Below are positions 19,877-27,686 of a DNA stretch of 64,000 nt, piece by piece. This stretch comes from an uncultured bacterium (GTDB taxonomy: Bacteria > Fermentibacterota > Fermentibacteria > Fermentibacterales > JCC-6). Below the pieces are notes generated by a model. The model worked only from the letters and a program-made list of their open reading frames with translations. It did no database searches and was not told where the DNA came from. Numbering within the stretch: position 1 is the first letter of the stretch; each line of letters starts with the position of its first letter. The stretch covers positions 2,083 to 66,082 of the forward strand of contig CBDVBK010000005.1 in assembly GCA_965372215.1 (NCBI GenBank), read 5' to 3'. Made by a program: the position numbers and the translations under genes.

Positions 19877-20538
19877 TGTCTATTTTGGCTTGTGACATAG
19901 TCGATTAGATTGGTTAGATCTGTCCTATACAGCTTGCTTTGGAGATCCGGTTCTCTGTTTAGAGCGTGCCATCCAAGATGGTCAGGTTCGAGCGAGAAGC
20001 TCTTACCGTTATCCACAGCTTCTTGATGAGCGCGTGACACACAATCCCAAGTGTAAATACATCGGACTGTTGCAACCTTTCTCGGTTCTTCTTCGAAGTA
20101 CTCAGACACGGCACATGCGAGAGTGTCACAATCAAGTTTATCTGCGAGTTCCCGTGCTCTGGAGCCCAAACTTCCCCAAACCTTATTTCGCGGGAGTAGC
20201 TCATCGATCCATGCTTTAATCAGCCCTCGAGGTAAGAGATAACAGCCATCACTCGAGTAGCGCGACAGGTCAATCGGAGGAGGACCTTCAGGTATACCCG
20301 CTTCCAGTGAGGTCTTTAAAACATCATGAGGTATGCCTGCTGCTAAAGCAATCATCTGAAGGCTTGATTGGCCACGCTGAAGTAGCCTTTTCTCTACAGT
20401 ATTCCGATTCACCTTCGAGTCTGTGACTGTTGCAAGGCTCTCAATCTGTGAGCGAGATAGTCCAAAGTACTCCCCTAATGTTTCTATAGGCCACTCAAAA
20501 CAGCTCATTAACTCACGTCTCATGCTGGCATCGTGCAC
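19861..20538 (-). CDS. hypothetical protein with N-terminal HTH-like segment (225 aa)
   Basis: TLGEYFGLSRSQIESLA resembles an HTH recognition region. The rest is Cys/Trp-rich and unassigned. Translationally coupled to 19040..19876. Confidence 0.4.
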   Translation of the reverse strand: MHDASMRRELMSCFEWPIETLGEYFGLSRSQIESLATVTDSKVNRNTVEKRLLQRGQSSLQMIALAAGIPHDVLKTSLEAGIPEGPPPIDLSRYSSDGCYLLPRGLIKAWIDELLPRNKVWGSLGSRARELADKLDCDTLACAVSEYFEEEPRKVATVRCIYTWDCVSRAHQEAVDNGKSFSLEPDHLGWHALNREPDLQSKLYRTDLTNLIDYVTSQNRQWPPE

Positions 20539-20760
20539 GATTTCCTCCTTTCACCTCAGTATGTTCAACACTCTGCATAACCAGCACAGGCCTTACCTCG
20601 CCTGATCACCATACTCTGGGCTTGGTTCATGCAGTTGGCGAAACCATCTCCTCCCAGCATCAATCAGATCTTTTCACCTGATTTGCTGGAAGACCGGATA
20701 TACTGTCCTGTCCGATTCCCTTCAATCTTTGTGGGAATAGTGCTGTAAGCCCTATCAGCC

Positions 20761-20982
20761 CTAGTTTTTCTTTCCTTTCTTGCTCTTCTTCACTTCATCT
20801 ATTACCTCATCTGCAACACCAGCAGCAGCACCAATCACAGATCCTACTACAATACCGGTCGCAGTGATTGCACCAACAGCTCCTAATACAGGTAGAGCCA
20901 CTACCGCTGCTATACCAGCTGCAGCACCTGCAGCCACCTTCGTTAAACCTGACAAAAATCCCATAATTAGTGCTCCAATCAA
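20761..20982 (-). CDS. glycine-zipper small membrane protein (73 aa) with a Lys-rich C-terminal tail
   Basis: Continuous GxxxG/AxxxA zipper (AAGAAAGIAAVVALPVLGAVGAITATGIVVGSVIGAAAGV), then the charged tail KKSKKGKKN. Its start ATGA overlaps the stop of the TerB-like gene. Confidence 0.4.
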   Translation of the reverse strand: MIGALIMGFLSGLTKVAAGAAAGIAAVVALPVLGAVGAITATGIVVGSVIGAAAGVADEVIDEVKKSKKGKKN

Positions 20983-21410
20983 GAATATAATCCTGCTAGT
21001 GCAAATCCTTTGAGATATATCGGTGTAATCTCATTCACCCAAGAGATAACTTCCTCTTTGAATGCTTCAGTGAAAGAGAAAGCTGTTTGCATCTCTTCAA
21101 TTATCTTCTTTTCGTTCGATGAGTAATCACCGTCAGCAAACACTAGAGCAACTAACTCGATGAATACAGACCGTCTAACATTCTCAGAAGCCTCAGCGAG
21201 CTTCTGAATCAATTCATTGATCGAAAGATGCTCACTTTCGGTAGTCTCTCTACCGATCCCCATTTCATCGAGATATACGTCGATTTGTATCTCTTCATCT
21301 GCGGTGAAATGTCCGTCAGCATGCGCAACTTTAAACAGAAGCTGTGCGAACGTGACTTTCTCTTCGCTTGACAGTACATTCAAGAACATGCTCATGTCTC
21401 CTTTCCGCAC
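20979..21410 (-). CDS. TerB-like (tellurite-resistance TerB / DjlA-N fold) domain protein
   Basis: Two ADG-x-[FY]-x-x-E motifs (VAHADGHFTADEE and VFADGDYSSNEKK), typical of the TerB four-helix domain. 143 aa. Confidence 0.55.
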   Translation of the reverse strand: MRKGDMSMFLNVLSSEEKVTFAQLLFKVAHADGHFTADEEIQIDVYLDEMGIGRETTESEHLSINELIQKLAEASENVRRSVFIELVALVFADGDYSSNEKKIIEEMQTAFSFTEAFKEEVISWVNEITPIYLKGFALAGLYS

Positions 21411-21519
21411 TTAGCGAGATGAACACCTGGAGAGTACCTGATATCCCGTGTCTTCATCCATGGTTTAAGTTATTATTACGTTTGATTTATACCTGCCATT
21501 CTGATATTGTGCTAGAGCC

Positions 21520-21789
21520 TTATTCTGCATTCCATAAGTATTCCTCTGATATGAATGCTACATACACTTTGTCTGGAGTGGCACCTGCCTTGTTGATCAC
21601 CGAAATAATCTCATGGGCAATATCTTGAGGGGACACAGCGCCCACTATTTCAGCAGTGATTGTTGTCTCTGGCATTTCTAGGAAAATATACCGTAGGAAT
21701 GGTGAGAGCGCATTATATCCACGTAATCCTATGTATGTGTTTACAAATGCTAGAAGGGCACTCTTCACTCTCTCGTTATCTCCGTCCAT
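21520..21789 (-). CDS. hypothetical small protein (89 aa)
   Basis: ORF only. No family recognised. Confidence 0.3.
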   Translation of the reverse strand: MDGDNERVKSALLAFVNTYIGLRGYNALSPFLRYIFLEMPETTITAEIVGAVSPQDIAHEIISVINKAGATPDKVYVAFISEEYLWNAE

Positions 21790-22040
21790 CGCATTCCTAA
21801 GGTCGTAGAGGACATTACTGCAATTTTCATAACACTTCTTTTCATGTTCGCCAACAACGATTATACAGCGTCTTCATTTCCCAGTATCTATTTATACAGA
21901 CAATAACTAATTCATCAGGTAATGTATTGTCAATCGAAATAACTATGCTATTAACCAATTCCAAGTTCTGCTGAACCTGGTGAATTAAAGGGGATACACA
22001 CAGTAAGTTTAAGCAGAAGAAGTGATATCTTGAAGAAAAA

Positions 22041-22703
22041 TCAGTCTTCAGTGTTCCAGATACCTTCACTTCGCACTCGTCTGATAAAATCGCACCTGTT
22101 GGAATAACTTCTGGATATTTCAAGGTTGTTTCGTCTTAAAGTGTCCTGTTCAAAGGCTTTTTCAAGCAGCATGTATGCGTTTCCTTCATTCCATGGTTCT
22201 TCAACTAGACCGCGCTTATCTCGTACAATCCTGAGATACTGCCATAAGGCTTTTTCCGTTTCTCTCGGGCTGTAATAATCCACTTCCCAGAGAACTACCG
22301 CGTACTCCCAGAGAACGCGCTCATTCTCCGGGCATTGCTTTATACCTTCCTGAAGAAGCCTGATTCCTTCACTTATTTCGCCAAGATTAACCGCGAGCTG
22401 ATAGCCGCCGTCGATATACGCTTCCGAGAAAGTTGGATCGAATTTAGTAATGAGCCAGAGCTGTGGAAGATAGTCTGTAGCAGTGGTCCATTCATTTCCC
22501 TGATACATCCAGATGTGATGATACCGGTCAAGCTGCAGCCAGAGAATGTCTGCAAGAAAGCTTCCAATCTGACCGACACCCGAAGAAACAGCTTCCGTAG
22601 CGATATTGTCCTCAATTGAAGCCTGACTGGCAAGTCTTCCGGAGTAAACGGCGACAATCAGAAATATGGCTGCTGCGGCAAACGGAACAATTCTGGCTTT
22701 CAA
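22041..22703 (-). CDS. membrane-anchored TPR-like protein, last gene of the ABC-2 exporter operon
   Basis: N-terminal TM/signal anchor. Trp/Tyr-rich helical repeats. Its start overlaps the upstream His-rich lipoprotein gene. Confidence 0.4.
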   Translation of the reverse strand: MKARIVPFAAAAIFLIVAVYSGRLASQASIEDNIATEAVSSGVGQIGSFLADILWLQLDRYHHIWMYQGNEWTTATDYLPQLWLITKFDPTFSEAYIDGGYQLAVNLGEISEGIRLLQEGIKQCPENERVLWEYAVVLWEVDYYSPRETEKALWQYLRIVRDKRGLVEEPWNEGNAYMLLEKAFEQDTLRRNNLEISRSYSNRCDFIRRVRSEGIWNTED

Positions 22704-23125
22704 CGCTTTTTCCTTAAACGGTAGCGTGATGCCAGTAGAATTAAAGCAGCCAGGATAACAAGAATGACAGTATCTCTTATCATCTTACTCCAGATGAATC
22801 TGGCGCCCCATGGCTGATTGAAGAACCACTCTGTTCCATGGTTTCTTGCCCCTGCTTCGTGCACATGTCTGTTGCTTCCTGATATTGCGGTACTATCATA
22901 TTCGTGAACATTTTCCTGATCATGGATTTCACCGCATACCGGGCATACTTCGGCAGTATCCGAATCATGATCATGATGCTCCTCCTCTGTCTCTGCACCT
23001 GTATGGTCATGTTCATGTATTTCACCCAGATGTTCGGGCGGAGCGACTTCTTCTATGTCGTAATCAATTCTGCAACCCGTTAGAGATATCAGAGTAAGCA
23101 GAATTATCAACTTCAAATACTTCAT
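22700..23125 (-). CDS. His-rich putative metal-binding lipoprotein with C-terminal TM anchor
   Basis: Lipobox LTGC. HEHDHTGAETEEEHHDHDSD, CPVCGEIHD and VHEYD...HVHE metal-ligand clusters. C-terminal hydrophobic helix plus RYRLRKKR. Confidence 0.5.
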   Translation of the reverse strand: MKYLKLIILLTLISLTGCRIDYDIEEVAPPEHLGEIHEHDHTGAETEEEHHDHDSDTAEVCPVCGEIHDQENVHEYDSTAISGSNRHVHEAGARNHGTEWFFNQPWGARFIWSKMIRDTVILVILAALILLASRYRLRKKR

Positions 23126-23877
23126 TTCAGATCCCTGCTCCTGAACACCGCAAGTGCTATCGAAAGCATGAATGCCATGTAAGCCAGTCCGTAGAGCACA
23201 GCAAGAAGGAAGTAGACGGATGGTATACCCACTCCATGGGCAATCGGATCTTTAATATGAAAGACATCCATGTGGGGCAGCAGAAGCCTTAGAAAACGCA
23301 TGAATCCTTGTGCTCCGGGAAGGATACTGACAAATCCGGAAACAGACATCTGTGACAATATGAACAGAAGAATTGTTAATGGCGCATTAAGCGGGGGAGA
23401 GGTCCAGAAACTGAAAAAGAACACTACGGCAAGAAGGAACCATCCTTCAACAAGAAGTAGACACGTTGCCGGAAACAGATCCGCTGGAATGCTAAGCTCG
23501 TTCATGAGGAGTATTACCATCAGTCCGATGCAGCCGACAAGCATCGCAGCAGCCTGCACCATTGCAGCGCCGATAAAACGTCCCATCAGATACTGTCCTC
23601 GTGACAGAGGCACGGCAATAAGGGGCATTACTGTTTTTTGCTCCTTGTCTCTCGGATAGATATTGGCTGCTAGACCGATGGCAAGGAGAAGAGCACCTAT
23701 TTCAAGACCAAAGAGACCAAAATCAAGAATGAATCTACCTTCGTTTGAAATGCCATATCCAGGAATCTGTCCTATACCGAATAAGGCAATCAGGATGACA
23801 ATACTGATGCCCCAGATTGTCCTTCTGCGCAGGAGATTTCTGAGAGTCATAAGAGCAAAGGTCATTACAGGTTTCAT
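23122..23877 (-). CDS. ABC-2 family transporter permease
   Basis: Six predicted TM helices. Overlaps the ATPase gene upstream and the lipoprotein gene downstream. Confidence 0.6.
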   Translation of the reverse strand: MKPVMTFALMTLRNLLRRRTIWGISIVILIALFGIGQIPGYGISNEGRFILDFGLFGLEIGALLLAIGLAANIYPRDKEQKTVMPLIAVPLSRGQYLMGRFIGAAMVQAAAMLVGCIGLMVILLMNELSIPADLFPATCLLLVEGWFLLAVVFFFSFWTSPPLNAPLTILLFILSQMSVSGFVSILPGAQGFMRFLRLLLPHMDVFHIKDPIAHGVGIPSVYFLLAVLYGLAYMAFMLSIALAVFRSRDLK

Positions 23878-24755
23878 AAATTACCTCCCCTTGTAGCGGA
23901 GAGGAAGACTTCCTCGAGACTCCTGTATACGGGTTTTACTTCCAGAATATTCTGCCCTTTCTGTCTCAGTTCATCTATCGTATTCTGCAAATCGGCCTCT
24001 GTGACCTCTTTTATCTCAGGTGTTTCAGATTTTGTGCCGGGTACTATGAATGAAATGCTGAACAGATCCTCTGTTCTCAGCAGATCATCAAGATTACCTT
24101 CTGTCACTTTTTTTCCTTTGGCCAGTATTACAGCCCGATCACAGATAGTCTCAACTTCGGAAAGCAGATGTGACGAGAGAAATATTGTAGCTCCACGGTT
24201 GTTCTCTTCAAGTATGACATCGCGAAATTCCTTCCTTGCCGCAGGATCTAGACCGCCGGTCGGTTCGTCCATGATAAGGAGATCAGGTTGAGACTGAAGT
24301 GCAAGAGCGAGGCTCATGCGCTGTTTCATGCCCTTGGAGAAATTCCTGATTCGGACTTTAACCCATGCTTCAAGTCCAACTCTTCCGAGTATGGATATCA
24401 TCTGGTCTTTCGAAATATCCAATTTGCGCATTGAAGCGAACATCGTCATGAATTCAAGAGGGGTAAATATATCTTCGTAATCAGGGTTTTCCGGAACGTA
24501 GCCTATTCTCGTTCTTACACTCTTCGATGCGGGTAAATCATCCCAGAGAACTACATGTCCTGAAGTGGGCTTGAGTAATCCGAGAATACACTTGATAGTG
24601 GTTGTTTTCCCTGCTCCGTTAGGACCCAGAAATCCAAGTATTTCACCCTTATTTACCTGGAAGCTTAATGAATCAACAGCTTTGAAACTGGAAAACCCAA
24701 GTGTTTTCCTGAAAGTCTTCTCCAGATTATCGACCTTTATTGGAACATCAGTCAT
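23874..24755 (-). CDS. ABC transporter ATP-binding protein
   Basis: Walker A GPNGAGKTT, signature FSKGMKQR, Walker B LLIMDEPTGGLD. 293 aa. Confidence 0.85.
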   Translation of the reverse strand: MTDVPIKVDNLEKTFRKTLGFSSFKAVDSLSFQVNKGEILGFLGPNGAGKTTTIKCILGLLKPTSGHVVLWDDLPASKSVRTRIGYVPENPDYEDIFTPLEFMTMFASMRKLDISKDQMISILGRVGLEAWVKVRIRNFSKGMKQRMSLALALQSQPDLLIMDEPTGGLDPAARKEFRDVILEENNRGATIFLSSHLLSEVETICDRAVILAKGKKVTEGNLDDLLRTEDLFSISFIVPGTKSETPEIKEVTEADLQNTIDELRQKGQNILEVKPVYRSLEEVFLSATRGGNL

Positions 24756-24998
24756 ATTTGATTCCTTTCAATGATTTTCAACAATAGATAAGTTTACATC
24801 TTCTGACCAGTCATGAAATGTTCAATTTGCCTGGATCAAAGGTAGCATGGAATTTTTCACTGAGATATATTTCTGCTAACCTGCAGGCATGTTTTATGGA
24901 TAATTACATCTATAGCATGCATTTTCCTGTGAATGCACTTAATGCTTTTCATGTTCAATCAAATGGATTCATCGGACATGAAATGAAAGGCGGAAAAT

Positions 24999-26159
24999 AT
25001 GCTTGTATCTCCACACGGTGGAAGATTAACAGACAGACAATATGAAGGAAATACAGCAGAGGAGATCATCCGTCAGGCTGAGAAAGGAATCCTCGTTACA
25101 TTGAACGCCAGAGAAAAGAACGATCTGGAGATGATAGGTAACGGAGCCATGAGTCCCCTTGAAGGTTTCATGTGCAGCGATGACTACATGTCTGTTGTCG
25201 ATCTTATGCATCTTTCGTCAGGACCTATATGGTCTCTTCCAGTTGTTTTTTCCAGAAAACCTGGCGATCCTGAAGTATCGAAAGGTGATCATGTAGGTCT
25301 CAGGGACGAAGATGGGCTTATCTGGGGTGATATGGAGATAGAAGATGTGTTTAAGGCTGATCTTGCTGCTGAATCCGAGAAAACCCTTGGGACTGCTGAC
25401 GACTCACATCCCGGAGTAGCGTACCTGAATCACCTTTCAGGAACCTATATAGGCGGTAAAGTACGTTCCATCAGACGGAGAAGATCAGAGAGCTTTCTGA
25501 AGTATAGACTGGATCCTAAAGAAACCAGAGTTCTTTTCCGAGCAAGAGGCTGGAATACAGTAGTCGCATTCCAGACCAGGAATCCTATACACCGCGCTCA
25601 CGAGTATATCCAGAAATGCGCTATGGAAATCGTTGACGGTCTTCTTCTTCATCCGCTTGTTGGTGAGACTCAAGCAGGAGACATTCCGGCCGATGTTAGA
25701 ATGCACTGCTACGAAGAGATTCTGAAGGACTACTATCCTGCTTCGAGAGTTGCCATGAGCGTGTTTCCAGCAGCAATGAGGTATGCCGGACCAAGAGAGG
25801 CAGTTTTTCATGCTCTTCTAAGGAAGAATTACGGATGCAGTCATTTTATCGTGGGAAGAGATCATGCGGGTGTAGGAAACTTCTACGGCACTTACGATGC
25901 TCAGATGATCTTTGACAGGTTCGATCCGGATGAACTCGGGATTGTGCCTCTCAAGTTCGAACACGCTTTCTTCTGCATGAAATGCGGGGGAATGGCAACC
26001 CTGAAAACATGTGCACATGGCAGTGAACACCATGTTTTTCTCTCAGGCAAGAAAGTCAGGGAGATGCTTATCGAAGGGAAAATGCCTCCAGCTGAATTCA
26101 CTCGACCCGAAATAGCACAAATCCTTATGAATGCTGCCGGAAACGGAGAAACTAATTGA
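24999..26159 (+). CDS. sat: sulfate adenylyltransferase (ATP sulfurylase)
   Basis: QTRNPIHRAHE and GRDHAGVGNFYG motifs of ATP sulfurylase. N-terminal PUA-like domain. 386 aa. Confidence 0.9.
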   Translation: MLVSPHGGRLTDRQYEGNTAEEIIRQAEKGILVTLNAREKNDLEMIGNGAMSPLEGFMCSDDYMSVVDLMHLSSGPIWSLPVVFSRKPGDPEVSKGDHVGLRDEDGLIWGDMEIEDVFKADLAAESEKTLGTADDSHPGVAYLNHLSGTYIGGKVRSIRRRRSESFLKYRLDPKETRVLFRARGWNTVVAFQTRNPIHRAHEYIQKCAMEIVDGLLLHPLVGETQAGDIPADVRMHCYEEILKDYYPASRVAMSVFPAAMRYAGPREAVFHALLRKNYGCSHFIVGRDHAGVGNFYGTYDAQMIFDRFDPDELGIVPLKFEHAFFCMKCGGMATLKTCAHGSEHHVFLSGKKVREMLIEGKMPPAEFTRPEIAQILMNAAGNGETN

Positions 26160-26584
26160 AAGGGCTTGTTATCTGGATCAGAACTGAAATCGAGTCAGAC
26201 GAATCTATTCTTGATGAACTTGGCAGAGAGATTAAAGATAGAGGAGGGAAAGTAGAAGTATTTCACTCTGAAGCTATAGAGAGTCTGGGCATGGAAGAGA
26301 ATGAAAGGGCAAAAGCAGCTGCATGCGCCATGCTGGCAAATCACGGTGTTATTGTTATCGCGTCCGGAAGCGAATCTCCGGGAATTACAGCAGGAAAGAA
26401 TTTTGAAATAAGGGAAATAGAGAAATCCGAGCTTAGCCGGAACACTGCTCATGACAAATTTATCCGGGATCTTGAACTCGCAGGTTTAGTCCCACCTCCG
26501 AAGTATGATGTTCATCCTGATGAAGAGGAAGATATTTTAAAGAGACTCAAAGATCTCGGCTATCTTGACAATCCAGGGACGTAG
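26156..26584 (+). CDS. APS-kinase-like protein with degenerate P-loop (probably non-catalytic)
   Basis: Aligns by eye to CysC (VIWIRT vs VLWFTG; LGMEENERAKAAACAMLANHGVIVIASGSESP vs [36 protein letters not shown]). The Walker A GLSGSGKST is replaced by EIESDES. TTG start overlapping the sat stop. Confidence 0.5.
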   Translation: MKGLVIWIRTEIESDESILDELGREIKDRGGKVEVFHSEAIESLGMEENERAKAAACAMLANHGVIVIASGSESPGITAGKNFEIREIEKSELSRNTAHDKFIRDLELAGLVPPPKYDVHPDEEEDILKRLKDLGYLDNPGT

Positions 26585-26653
26585 TCTGTTTCGTCAACTA
26601 GCTGGCGTATTAATAATGTATTACTGATAATATAATGAATATAGAGTTAACTA

Positions 26654-26851
26654 TTATTCGATGTAGCCCAGACCTTCCATTTTCCTGCGGATGTCTTCTT
26701 CGGATTCACTGCTGCCGGGATCGAGAGTATCCAGTTCACGCTCAATTATATGAATGACGAATTCTTCCGGAGATGAATACCCCCCCACTTCAGATACTTT
26801 TCTGATTCTTTCGATTGTTTCATTGTCAAGTTTCAGCTTCAGTTTCTGCAT
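26654..26851 (-). CDS. small hypothetical protein, possibly ribbon-helix-helix
   Basis: 65 aa. N-terminal beta-strand-like KLKLDNETIERI followed by helices. Weak assignment. Confidence 0.3.
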   Translation of the reverse strand: MQKLKLKLDNETIERIRKVSEVGGYSSPEEFVIHIIERELDTLDPGSSESEEDIRRKMEGLGYIE

Positions 26852-26864
26852 GATTCTCCGTTCG

Positions 26865-27686
26865 CTAAATTTTCACATTGAATATCTTTGCTCCTGATAT
26901 TGCAGAAACAGAAGAGAATACAAGAAATACCGCCATCCAGGACCAGTGTCCTCCAAGAATCCTGTAGCGGACAGGCATAAGAGAATACCACCCGGAAATG
27001 GGTCCGGCATCTGCAAGTACCGCCCGGCCTATCCGAGGGCAGAACAGGCGTTTCAGAGAATTACTGCCATCGAATCCCCTGAGAATTATTGCTCCATTCC
27101 ATAAACCGGTTGCGCCGACAGTGGATTCTGTTCCATTAATATTGAGGATGGCGATCATTTTCTCTTCGAATACTATTCTGAAACTGACCTGTTTTAGAGT
27201 ATCCACCATTACAACAGGTGATAATATCTCAATGCCGGTGCCGATCACATTGATATCATCTCTTTCCGGAAGAGAATTCTCGTATTTGACCGTAACTGTG
27301 ACAGATGTATTCCAATCTACGGTATCAGTTCCGTATCTTGCATCAAGCTGTCCCCATATCATCATGAAAGGTATAGCTATAACTAGAAGGGGTTTAAAAA
27401 TATACAGAAGATATTGGGTGTTGCTCCAGATAAGACGTCCGGCAAATCTCATTACAATTGCCGGACTGCTTACATGAAGAAGTATGCCGAATATTTCTCC
27501 CAGCATTTTCTTTCTAAGATATGAAATCTTTTCCTGATTTGATGTCAACCTGAAAATACTTATCATTCCAAGACCTGCAAGAAGAGAAATGAATAACAGT
27601 CCCCATATGGAAGGTAAGTATCGAAATGGAATGAGTATTGTATCCAGCACCAGGGTCAGAACACTTCCAATAATATTGAAAATCAC
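26865..27686 (-). CDS. hypothetical membrane protein
   Basis: 273 aa with 4-5 predicted TM helices. Directly follows (1 bp gap) the AlkP-family gene. Confidence 0.35.
   Translation of the reverse strand: MIFNIIGSVLTLVLDTILIPFRYLPSIWGLLFISLLAGLGMISIFRLTSNQEKISYLRKKMLGEIFGILLHVSSPAIVMRFAGRLIWSNTQYLLYIFKPLLVIAIPFMMIWGQLDARYGTDTVDWNTSVTVTVKYENSLPERDDINVIGTGIEILSPVVMVDTLKQVSFRIVFEEKMIAILNINGTESTVGATGLWNGAIILRGFDGSNSLKRLFCPRIGRAVLADAGPISGWYSLMPVRYRILGGHWSWMAVFLVFSSVSAISGAKIFNVKI

Noticed and set aside
24756-24998. Possible SAM/sulfur riboswitch upstream of sat
   Set aside because: The 240-bp leader shows no SAM-I/SAM-II conserved cores or a convincing multi-stem structure. It is treated as an ordinary promoter region.
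26156-26584. Calling this ORF an active adenylylsulfate kinase (cysC)
   Set aside because: The P-loop/Walker A is completely absent although the rest of the fold aligns. It is annotated as an APS-kinase-like non-catalytic protein instead.
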